Positions 27,635-36,757 of a DNA stretch of 64,000 bases are shown piece after piece. The stretch spans positions 1 to 64,000 of the forward strand of contig JAHQWG010000012.1 of assembly GCA_029856045.1 (NCBI GenBank), given 5' to 3'. The notes under the pieces were generated by a model that was given only the letters and a program-made list of their open reading frames with translations, was not told where the DNA came from and ran no database searches. This stretch comes from Promethearchaeia archaeon. Lineage in GTDB: Archaea; Asgardarchaeota; Lokiarchaeia; Sigyniarchaeales; SOKP01. The position numbers and the translations under genes were made by a program. Each line of letters starts with the position of its first letter. The first letter of the stretch is position 1.

Positions 27635-29089
27635 ATGAAAGTGCAAGAGAATATTAATAGGAATGTTTTAAATGATGCATTAAATGTTATGAAATCATAT
27701 AGATTTAGAAATCTAATTGATTCTAAGGAAGACATTTTAAATTCAAGAATATATTCAGAAGAGGAATATTACGATTTCATTTTTACATTGTACGATGAAG
27801 ACAAATTAAAATATTCTCTCTTTAATTTTTTAAAAAATAAAGAAATTGCTTTTATTAAAGATTTAAAAGAATTTGGTAAAGAATTTAATCATGATTTAAA
27901 AAAGATCTTGAGCTTATGTTATCTTTTAAAATATGAAAATTTAATTGAAATTAAAAAAAATGAAAATACTTCAGAATTAGAAATTAATATTAAAAATAAG
28001 GATTTTATTAAAGTTAAACCAATATATGAACCTGTCAAGGTTATATTTGATTCAAAAATATGTTCTGGTTGTGGAATTTGTCAAGGAATTTGTCCTGTTA
28101 ATTGTATAAAAATTGATAACGGCGTTGGTATTATTGATGATAAGAAATGTATTAGTTGCGGGTTATGTTATACAGTTTGTCCAAGGTCATACTTACCAAT
28201 AGACATTTTAAACATATATATCTCTAATTCAAATAAATTTAAAAATCAATCAGATATTGGAGAATATTTGGAAGCATATTCTGCAAAAACAAAAGTTGAT
28301 GAGATATCCAAAATTTGCCAAGATGGTGGAATTGTAAGTTCTATTTTATATTATTTATTTGATACCCAACAAATTGATGGTGCAATTGGGGCTGGTATGA
28401 GTGAAACAATTTGGAAGCCAACACCACTTTTAATTAAAAATAAAGATGATATTAAAAAAACCTCAGGTACAAAATATGCAAATAATCCTAATTTGCAATT
28501 ATTAAATCAGCATATAGATTGTGAAAACTTGGCTGTAGTTGGAACTCCATGCATGATGCAAGCATTACTAAAATCTCATATCTATAATTTTAAAACTCCT
28601 AACCTAGATAAGATAAAATATAGAATTGGAATTTTTTGTATGGAAAGCTTTCCATATGAAAGTATTTTAGAAATTGCAAAAAGATTATCTATAAAAATTA
28701 ATGATATAAAGAAAATGGACATAAACAAAGGAAAATTCTTTTTATATTCAAGAACTGGAGAGACTAAAAATATCCCAATTAAAGAAATAACTTCATTGGC
28801 TAGAGAAGATTGCGAATATTGTTATGATTTAACATCAGAGTCTGCTGATATTTCTATAGGCTCAATTGGGTCTCCAGCAGGGTGGTCGACTGTTTTAGTC
28901 AGAACAAAAGTTGGAAAGGAAATTTTTAAGGGATTAGTCGATAAAAATTATATCGAATGGAAAGATCTTCAAGATGTTCAGCCAGGTTTAAACTTATTAT
29001 TAAAAATTGCTAAGACGAAAAGAAAGAATTGTACTGAACACATTAATAAGGTAAAAATGGAGAAAGAGTATATTCCTCAATATTATTAA
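27635..29089 (+). CDS. F420 hydrogenase/dehydrogenase beta subunit (FrhB/FdhB family) with 2x[4Fe-4S] domain and about 130-aa N-terminal extension
   Basis: CSGCGICQGICP, CISCGLCYTVCP, QDGGIVS, GTKY, VGTPC, GIFCMESF, CEYCYD, ADISIGSIGSPAGW. Confidence 0.9.
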   Translation: MKVQENINRNVLNDALNVMKSYRFRNLIDSKEDILNSRIYSEEEYYDFIFTLYDEDKLKYSLFNFLKNKEIAFIKDLKEFGKEFNHDLKKILSLCYLLKYENLIEIKKNENTSELEINIKNKDFIKVKPIYEPVKVIFDSKICSGCGICQGICPVNCIKIDNGVGIIDDKKCISCGLCYTVCPRSYLPIDILNIYISNSNKFKNQSDIGEYLEAYSAKTKVDEISKICQDGGIVSSILYYLFDTQQIDGAIGAGMSETIWKPTPLLIKNKDDIKKTSGTKYANNPNLQLLNQHIDCENLAVVGTPCMMQALLKSHIYNFKTPNLDKIKYRIGIFCMESFPYESILEIAKRLSIKINDIKKMDINKGKFFLYSRTGETKNIPIKEITSLAREDCEYCYDLTSESADISIGSIGSPAGWSTVLVRTKVGKEIFKGLVDKNYIEWKDLQDVQPGLNLLLKIAKTKRKNCTEHINKVKMEKEYIPQYY

Positions 29090-29157
29090 ACAAAATTATG
29101 ATAAGAATTATTAGAAATATTGAATTATCTTATAACTATTACAAGAATCTCTAATTA

Positions 29158-31953
29158 TTACTGAAGTAATATCTCTTTATCACGATATATCATTCCAAGG
29201 AAAGAGACTAAATCCATTACTTTTAGTTTTAAATCTCTATTTTCTTGTAGATAGCAATTAAAATGAGTTAAACATTTTGGACACGTTACTATCAAAAATT
29301 CGGCACCTGTATCAATAGCTTCATTAATTCTTTGACCTTGCAGTAGTTTTGAATAATTACTGCAAGAGATAAAGGCAGAAACTCCACAACAATTTGCATC
29401 TTGCCTGTTATTTATCATTTCTATTAATTCAATATTTGGTAAATTATTTAATATATCACGGGGGGCATCATAAACATTACTCAATCTGCCAAGTCTGCAG
29501 GGATCGTGGTAAGTTATTTTAATTTTATCCTGATTAGATAATTTCAAATCATCTAATAATCTTTCTTTTTGTATGTATTCGCTAATGTGATATACTTCAA
29601 AATCATATTCATTATCATCTTTAAAAAAGTCTTTATATACATACTTCCACATATAGTAACCTTCAGCACAGCTGCATATTATGGTTTTTACTCCTGCATC
29701 TTTATATAATTTTACGTTATATTTTGCTAGCTTTTCGAAAGTATCAAGATCTCCAGTCCAATAACAATCATGTCCACAACATCTCTCATCAGCTAAAACC
29801 ACTGGAGTGATATTATTTAGGTTTAGAATACCAATAGTCGTTTTGGGAATATTAAGATAATCAATATTGTTATGGTAGAGTGGAAATTGACATGTTCCAT
29901 AGTAATGTTTTGGTTTTTGGGAATTATTAGATGAATCATCATTTTTTTTATAGGGGATATCACAGTTAGAACAACTATTACAATTTAAGCATCGATTTGC
30001 TTCTTGAATTGCAATTTCTTCGGTAAATTCTAGTTCAATTTCATTAAAAGTGCTACATCTTTCTTCTATAGGGATAATAGGCAGATCATTTCTCTCTTCG
30101 AATATAACTTCCTTCTTTGGGATTGGTGATGTTTTAAATTGCTCTCTTTTAAATCTGTTTTCTCCTATATCAATCCCTCTTAGATATCGATCAATAGAAA
30201 TTGCTGCTTCATATCCATTAGCTATTGCTCTAATTGCTATTCCTTGACCCTCTGTAACATCTCCTCCAGCAAAAACACCAAGGATATTTGTTTCTAAAGT
30301 AGAGTCATCGAATTGAATTTTTCCTCTTTTATTAATTATCAACTCATTTTGAGCTGCCTTTAGGAGAGAATAATCAGCTTCTTGACCTATTGCTAATATT
30401 AACACATCAAGTTGTATTTTAAATTCAGAGCCTTCGATTTGAATAGGTTTTCTCCTTCCTGAGGAATCTGGTTCGCCAAGTTTCATTCGGATACATTCTA
30501 CTTTGGAAACATTTCCTTTTTTATCTCCAATTATTCTTACGGGATTAGTTAAGAATTGAAAATCTATATTTTCTTCTTTTGCCATTTCAATTTCCTCTTC
30601 TGCTGCAGGCATTTCTTTTTCCGAACGTCTATAAATAACAATTACTTTTTTTGCACCTAACCTTACGGCCGTTCTTGCTGAGTCCATAGCAACATTTCCA
30701 CCACCCGTTACTCCAATAATTTTATCTTTAATTATGATAGGAGATTTTTTAGATTCTTGATCTGTAGGTCTGAGATATTTGAGAAATTCTATTCCTCCTA
30801 TAACATTATTCAATTCTTCACCTTCGAGTCTCATACTTCGGCTACTCTGGAGTCCTATTGATATAAAAATCGCTTTATAACCCATATTTGTTAACTTCTT
30901 GAATGTCAAATCTGGTCCTATTGGAGTATTTGTTTTTATCTCAACGCCACTTTTTTCTATGAATTCAATTTCATAATCCAAAATATCATCAGGTAATCTA
31001 TATTCTGGGATTCCAACTCTCAACATACCTCCTTTAAAGGGGCTGGCTTCAAATATTGTTGGTTTGTATCCTTTCTTTGCGAGGAAATATGCTGCTGTTA
31101 AGCCAGCGGGTCCCGAACCAATAATAGCAACTTGTTCGTTTGTTTGTTCAAATGGTTGTAATTGACTTAAGGGTTGGTTTTTTATTTCCCAATCAGCAAC
31201 AAATCTTTTTAATGCCCTGATGGCAATTGGCTTATCTATAGTATTGCGATTACAACTTAATTCACATGGATGTGTACAAATTCGTCCACATACACCTGGA
31301 AGGGGATTTCTTTCCCGTATTAAATTGAGAGATTCTTGAAATTTTCCTTCTTTAATTAATGTAATATAACCTTGAACATCAATATTTGCAGGACAAGCTT
31401 GTGTGCACGGTGATATTCCATTCATAAATGGCAAGCAACCTATAAAATATGCTATTTCTCCTTTTCTAGCAATCTTTAAATCTGTATTGTCTAAAAAGCC
31501 AATTTTATTTACTAATTCTATTTGATCATTAGCCATTAAATACGGTAAATTTGAATATAATCGACCATGAGTTGTACATTGAAGCTTTTCCTCTTGAAAT
31601 GAGTCATTTTCTGTAGCAATATTTCGAAGTTTCAAAATAATATCGAGAAAATTAACACCAACGTTATCTTTAGACATTGGACAGTATTCTGAACAAAGTC
31701 CACAAGTTAAACAACTCCAAATATTTGAATTATTAATTGCCACTTCAACTGAGTAAGTAGAAAAATCTCTAACTAATTGCCTTGGATAAAACAATCCAAA
31801 TGGAGAGAGGGGGCATATATTAATACAACGATTACAATCATAACAATAGTAAGAGGATTTTAACAACTCAGACATTTTTTCAATACCTTTATGTTCAATA
31901 TTTAAACTCGTTCCTATTGAAGTTTTACTTTTAGTTTTCATTTTAAAAATCAT
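29158..31953 (-). CDS. HdrD-like protein (HdrC-like Fe-S + 2 CCG domains) with inserted GltD/NfnB-like FAD/NAD(P) module
   Basis: CYDCNRCINICP, CLTCGLCSEYCP, YFIGC | PCTQACP, CGRICTHPCE, GSGPAG, GGGNVAMD, YRR, EANRCLNC | ERCCG, CAEG, YHDPCRLGR, CCG, TCPKC. Confidence 0.85.
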   Translation of the reverse strand: MIFKMKTKSKTSIGTSLNIEHKGIEKMSELLKSSYYCYDCNRCINICPLSPFGLFYPRQLVRDFSTYSVEVAINNSNIWSCLTCGLCSEYCPMSKDNVGVNFLDIILKLRNIATENDSFQEEKLQCTTHGRLYSNLPYLMANDQIELVNKIGFLDNTDLKIARKGEIAYFIGCLPFMNGISPCTQACPANIDVQGYITLIKEGKFQESLNLIRERNPLPGVCGRICTHPCELSCNRNTIDKPIAIRALKRFVADWEIKNQPLSQLQPFEQTNEQVAIIGSGPAGLTAAYFLAKKGYKPTIFEASPFKGGMLRVGIPEYRLPDDILDYEIEFIEKSGVEIKTNTPIGPDLTFKKLTNMGYKAIFISIGLQSSRSMRLEGEELNNVIGGIEFLKYLRPTDQESKKSPIIIKDKIIGVTGGGNVAMDSARTAVRLGAKKVIVIYRRSEKEMPAAEEEIEMAKEENIDFQFLTNPVRIIGDKKGNVSKVECIRMKLGEPDSSGRRKPIQIEGSEFKIQLDVLILAIGQEADYSLLKAAQNELIINKRGKIQFDDSTLETNILGVFAGGDVTEGQGIAIRAIANGYEAAISIDRYLRGIDIGENRFKREQFKTSPIPKKEVIFEERNDLPIIPIEERCSTFNEIELEFTEEIAIQEANRCLNCNSCSNCDIPYKKNDDSSNNSQKPKHYYGTCQFPLYHNNIDYLNIPKTTIGILNLNNITPVVLADERCCGHDCYWTGDLDTFEKLAKYNVKLYKDAGVKTIICSCAEGYYMWKYVYKDFFKDDNEYDFEVYHISEYIQKERLLDDLKLSNQDKIKITYHDPCRLGRLSNVYDAPRDILNNLPNIELIEMINNRQDANCCGVSAFISCSNYSKLLQGQRINEAIDTGAEFLIVTCPKCLTHFNCYLQENRDLKLKVMDLVSFLGMIYRDKEILLQ

Positions 31954-32213
31954 CTTTTATTTAAAATTTATTCAATTTTTCAACAAAAGTTATCATTCCT
32001 AAATAATTTAATAAAGTATTGGTTATTAGATGGCTGAATCATTAATACTTTAAAGTTTATTTACCTTGTATAGGAATATGCAATATTTTATAATTATTTT
32101 TAATTTGTAGAAATTAATGTTTTTTATTCAGCGCTAAAAACGGTTTAATATTTAAGGTATTTTTTATTAATCATAAAATTAATAATTATCTCCTTATTAT
32201 ATTTAATAATACT

Positions 32214-32705
32214 ATGGCACAAGAAACTATAATAAAGCAAAATACTTTCAAAGAGATTATTAGAATACTACGTACTAATATAGATGGTACATTGCTGGTC
32301 CAACATGGGTTAGCGAGAATTAAAGGTGTTGGACAAAGACTTTCTCAAGCAATCTTAAGAATTGCAAATATTGATCCAACAATAAGAATAGGATTGATTT
32401 CTGAAAAAGATATTAAAAGAATCGAAGAAATAATTGAGGATCCCATAAAAAATGGGATTCCAAATTGGATGGTTAATAGACAGAAAGATTTAAGAACTGG
32501 TGAGTACCTACATATAACCGGTCCTCGTTTAGAATTAACTGTTAAAAGAGATATTGAAAGAATGCGAAGACTTAGATCTTGGAAAGGCTATAGGCATGGG
32601 TTCGGTCTGAAGGTTAGAGGACAAAAAACTCGCTCAACTGGTCGTAAAGGATTAGTTGTGGGTGTAATCAGGAAGAAGATTCTAAGACAAATGGAAAAGA
32701 AATAA
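32214..32705 (+). CDS. rps13: 30S ribosomal protein uS13
   Basis: IKGVG, PNWMVNRQKD, RHGFGLKVRGQKTRSTGR. Confidence 0.95.
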   Translation: MAQETIIKQNTFKEIIRILRTNIDGTLLVQHGLARIKGVGQRLSQAILRIANIDPTIRIGLISEKDIKRIEEIIEDPIKNGIPNWMVNRQKDLRTGEYLHITGPRLELTVKRDIERMRRLRSWKGYRHGFGLKVRGQKTRSTGRKGLVVGVIRKKILRQMEKK

Positions 32706-32725
32706 TAATACTAAAGTGAAGATGA

Positions 32726-33238
32726 ATGGGAGATCCAAGAAGATTAAAGAAGAAATATAAAAAACCAAGTCACCCCTTCCAGAAACAGAGAATTGAAGAA
32801 GAATTAAGATATTTGGGAGAATATGGACTCCGAAATAAAAGAGAATTTTGGAAACATCGAACACAATTAGGGAATTATAGAAGAACTGCCAGAAAAATAA
32901 GAACTTTACCACCAGAAAGACAAAAAAAAGAATTAAGGGTTTTAATGGATAAACTGATTCGTTTAGGGATTATCGAGAAAAATGCTGAATTTGAAGATGT
33001 ATTATTTGTAACTGTTGATGATATTTTAAACAGAAGACTTCAAACTTTAGTATTTAAAAAGGGTTTTGCTAATTCTATTTATCAAAGTAGGCAGTTTATT
33101 ATACATCGGCATATTGAAGTCAATGGCAAAAGAATTGATTCACCTTCATATCTTGTTAAAAAAGATGAAGAAGATACACTCAAATTTGTAAGTTCTAGTC
33201 CATTTTATGGAAGAGAAGAACAACCTGTAAGTGATTAG
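32726..33238 (+). CDS. rps4: 30S ribosomal protein uS4
   Basis: MGDPR, YGLRNKRE, RRLQT, PSYLV. Confidence 0.95.
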   Translation: MGDPRRLKKKYKKPSHPFQKQRIEEELRYLGEYGLRNKREFWKHRTQLGNYRRTARKIRTLPPERQKKELRVLMDKLIRLGIIEKNAEFEDVLFVTVDDILNRRLQTLVFKKGFANSIYQSRQFIIHRHIEVNGKRIDSPSYLVKKDEEDTLKFVSSSPFYGREEQPVSD

Positions 33239-33432
33239 TAAAAATTTTATAATACTTCTAATTTTAAACATTGTACCTATATTTAAATAAATTTAAACTA
33301 CCAAAAAAAAAATAGATTGATTATTAATCTAATTAATCAAAATAACAAAAAATTTAATATTACCATGTTCTTCAAATAATTAATTGTTTTAATTTAGAAC
33401 AATGTTAGTATATTTAATACTTGGTTTTAAGA

Positions 33433-33699
33433 ATGGTAAACGGAACTGTAAAATGGTTTAATAGTCGAAAAGGCTATGGTTTTATTACTTTTGAAGATGA
33501 TGGCGAGGAAAAAGATGTATTTGTACATTATTCCGCGATTTCAGCCGAAGATGATAGATTTAAAACATTAAATGAAGGAGATAAAGTAGAGTTCACTATT
33601 GAAGAGGGACAAAAGGGTCCACAAGCCAGTGATGTAGTTATAACTGAAAAAGCACCTGTGCAACATAGATCGAGAGGAGGATATTCTCGTTCTTTTTAA
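33433..33699 (+). CDS. Cold-shock protein with short RGG-type tail
   Basis: [27 protein letters not shown]; tail [10 protein letters not shown]. Confidence 0.95.
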   Translation: MVNGTVKWFNSRKGYGFITFEDDGEEKDVFVHYSAISAEDDRFKTLNEGDKVEFTIEEGQKGPQASDVVITEKAPVQHRSRGGYSRSF

Positions 33700-33909
33700 A
33701 TAAGAAAGTAATAAAAAGAAAATTAAAAAAAAAATATTAAGTAGAAATTGGGAATTTAATTATTTCTCTAATCTTCTTCTTATTTTTTTATTTTTTCTAT
33801 GTAAAAATGCAAATTATTTTAAATTAAATTAGGATATTAAAAATTATTTAATTTTCAAAAAATTTTCCCTAAATTAATGTAATAAGAAGAAAAAACGATA
33901 TTTTAATTT

Positions 33910-35169
33910 CTATTCCTTTGTAAATAATTCTGCCAAATGAATTACGACTTCAGCAGCTTTTTGTAAAGATAAAGTCGGAATATATTCTTTTTTAGAATGA
34001 AATAATAGGCCCCCAGTAAAGATATTGGGAGTTGGAATACCCATAGCACTTAAATGAGAGCCATCAGTCCCACCTCTAATTAGATGAATATTTACTTCTA
34101 TTCCTGCTAACTCTATTGCCTTCTCAGCTAAATCTATTATTTTATGTTCTTTTTTTAAATAATCATACATATTCTCGTATTGATGTTGAAAGTCTAATCC
34201 AATTTTCAAGCTTGGATAACGAATTTGATATGCATTTTTCAAACTTGTGATATAATCCATCCGCCTTTTGTTGTTCTTTAATTCAAAATCTCTTATAATC
34301 AAAGTTGCGGTTGCTTCTTCTTCTCTTCCTTGTAGATTTGATAAATGATAAAATCCTTCCCTCTCCTCAGTATGTTCGGGGGATTCTGATTCAGGTATTT
34401 CGCTTAAGAATCGGCAAGCTATATGAATTGCGTTAAACATTAAATTTTTAGCATATCCTGGATGAACACTCAATCCTTTAAATTTTATTAAAGCTTTCCA
34501 TGCATCAAAGCATTCACTTTCTAATTCTCCCATCTCAGAACCATCTAATGTATAGCAGATTTTCGGTAATTTTTCAATATTTACTTTTTTTGTTCCTCTT
34601 CCAATTTCCTCATCTGGAAAAAAACAAACTACAATAGGTCCATGTTTTAATTCAGGAAATTTTTTCCAAGCAGCGCATGCTGTCATGATTTCAGCAATAC
34701 CAGCTTTATCATCAGCACCTAATAATGTATCTCCTTGGGATGTAATTATATCAAGTCCAATGTATTTTTCTAATTGCAGAGAATCATTGATGTTTAATTC
34801 CAAATCATTGTCTTGAGAAAATTTTATTGCTGTTCCATTGTAATTTTTATGAATTACAGGTTTTACATCTTTACCACTTACAGCAGGAGAAGTATCTAAA
34901 TGGGCAATAAAACCAACTTTTTTTACATTTTCAAATCCTTGGCTTGGAGGTAAGTTTGCATAAATATATCCAAACTCATCTTGAATAATATTTTCGTAAT
35001 TAAGACTTTTCAATTCTTCTACTAATAATTTACCAAATTCTATTTGCCCTTGAGTAGATGGTATATTTTCTGTATTCTCATCTGATGTAGTCCAATTTTT
35101 TACGTATCTTAGAAATCGCTCCACCGCATTATCTAATAAAAAATTTTGGATTTCTTTAGAAAGAATCAT
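33910..35169 (-). CDS. pepT: Peptidase T (M20B tripeptidase)
   Basis: AHLDT, LLGADDKAG, PDEEIG, HPGYAK, IRGGTDG, FHS. Confidence 0.92.
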   Translation of the reverse strand: MILSKEIQNFLLDNAVERFLRYVKNWTTSDENTENIPSTQGQIEFGKLLVEELKSLNYENIIQDEFGYIYANLPPSQGFENVKKVGFIAHLDTSPAVSGKDVKPVIHKNYNGTAIKFSQDNDLELNINDSLQLEKYIGLDIITSQGDTLLGADDKAGIAEIMTACAAWKKFPELKHGPIVVCFFPDEEIGRGTKKVNIEKLPKICYTLDGSEMGELESECFDAWKALIKFKGLSVHPGYAKNLMFNAIHIACRFLSEIPESESPEHTEEREGFYHLSNLQGREEEATATLIIRDFELKNNKRRMDYITSLKNAYQIRYPSLKIGLDFQHQYENMYDYLKKEHKIIDLAEKAIELAGIEVNIHLIRGGTDGSHLSAMGIPTPNIFTGGLLFHSKKEYIPTLSLQKAAEVVIHLAELFTKE

Positions 35170-35294
35170 AATAACAATAACCCACTTTAATTTTTAAATT
35201 GGTATTTAATATAATAAATTTGAAAAATATGATATTTCCTCATTTAACGAATAAAATTAGAACTTAATTTTTAATTAAAGCGTAGAGAGAATGG

Positions 35295-35696
35295 CTATAC
35301 ACGCCTACCTCTATGCCCTCCTTTTCTTCTACTTCCATCATGGGACTTTGGTGTGACTTCTTCTATTCTGCCTATTCTTAAACCAGACCGTGCCAATGCA
35401 CGAATAGCAGCTTGAGCCCCGGGTCCAGGTGTTTGAGCTTTATGTCCTCCAGGACCACGAACTTTAATATGAACTCCATAAATACCTTTATCCTTTAACC
35501 CTTGGGAAACTCTAAAACCCGATTGCATAGCACTGTAAGGAGAACTCTCCTCCCTTGAAGTTCTAACTACCATCCCTCCTGAACATTTTGCAAATGTCTC
35601 AGCACCTGATAAATCGGTAACTGTAATAATAGTATTGTTATAGGAACTTAATATGTGAGCGATAGCCCATTTTTCTTCTTTCGACTTTTTACTCAT
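35295..35696 (-). CDS. rps11: 30S ribosomal protein uS11
   Basis: [38 protein letters not shown]. Confidence 0.95.
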   Translation of the reverse strand: MSKKSKEEKWAIAHILSSYNNTIITVTDLSGAETFAKCSGGMVVRTSREESSPYSAMQSGFRVSQGLKDKGIYGVHIKVRGPGGHKAQTPGPGAQAAIRALARSGLRIGRIEEVTPKSHDGSRRKGGHRGRRV

Positions 35697-35785
35697 TTAG
35701 AATATCCTTTTTAAATTAATAATAATAGAAATAAAAAAGCAATTTTTTTTAATTTTACGATTTTTAGGATAAAGAATGTTGCAAT

Positions 35786-36502
35786 CTATATTTTTTCTTT
35801 TAATGCTTTTTTTTCAAACATTCTTTTTTTTAATTTAACAATACCTTTATCTTCATCATATTCTAGTAGATGAACATTTGCTAATTCATGTATAGCTCTC
35901 AAAACCATAGCTCCTGATATTCCAGTAGTTGTTTTTATTTCTTCCCTGGACATCTCTTCTTTATCACCGTGAAGTGTCAATAGAATTCGAAAATGGGGTT
36001 GACCCTGCCATATTTCTTCTAATAACACCATATAGATAGACAATAAGGCTTTAATTCTATCAAAATTAAACTCAGATTCTTCTTGTTCTTCAGCTATTTT
36101 TGCAAATTTTTTTAATTCAACTTTTAATTTTTCATATTCATCCAATAATTTCATTTGTTCTTCTGTGAGGGTACCGATTTTTTGATCTCTTTCTTGTTTT
36201 TCTTTTTCTAATTGTTTTGTCTCTTCTTCTAATTTCTTTTTATCTTGTTTTAATTGGATTTTGTCTTGCTCTAATTTTTTTTTTACATATTCTAATTTGG
36301 TTTTTTCTTCTTCTAATTGATCCTTTTCTCCTTCTAATTTTTGTTTATCATTGCTTAATAGAGATTTGTCCTTTTCAAGAGTTATTAATTCATTTTTCGC
36401 TGTTTTCAATACATCTGAAAATTGGGTAAAAATGTTTTTAACGGCTTCAAGAGTTCCATCTATAATATCTATTGTATTTTTTTCTTCTGACATTGAAATC
36501 AA
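35786..36502 (-). CDS. Coiled-coil protein with 7-residue repeats and C-terminal winged-helix-like domain
   Basis: LE.(D/E)K..LE heptads; C-terminal MSREEIKTTTGISGAMVLRAIHEL. Confidence 0.7.
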   Translation of the reverse strand: MISMSEEKNTIDIIDGTLEAVKNIFTQFSDVLKTAKNELITLEKDKSLLSNDKQKLEGEKDQLEEEKTKLEYVKKKLEQDKIQLKQDKKKLEEETKQLEKEKQERDQKIGTLTEEQMKLLDEYEKLKVELKKFAKIAEEQEESEFNFDRIKALLSIYMVLLEEIWQGQPHFRILLTLHGDKEEMSREEIKTTTGISGAMVLRAIHELANVHLLEYDEDKGIVKLKKRMFEKKALKEKI

Positions 36503-36757
36503 ATTATAATTTTCAATTAATTAATATAAAGTTATTTATGGATTTATAAACAGAAAATATTTAGAAAAAATATTAATTTAAATTAATGAGAATAAAATCA
36601 ATAATATTAAAAAACTAAAGACTAATAATAAAAAAAATCCGCTCTAAAGGTAAAAAATAAATATTTATAATATAATTAGATTATTGAGAAAAAAAGTAAT
36701 TTAAATTAGAAATTTTGAAGAATCTATTTATTTTAGTAAGTCCCCCAAGGTGATTCC

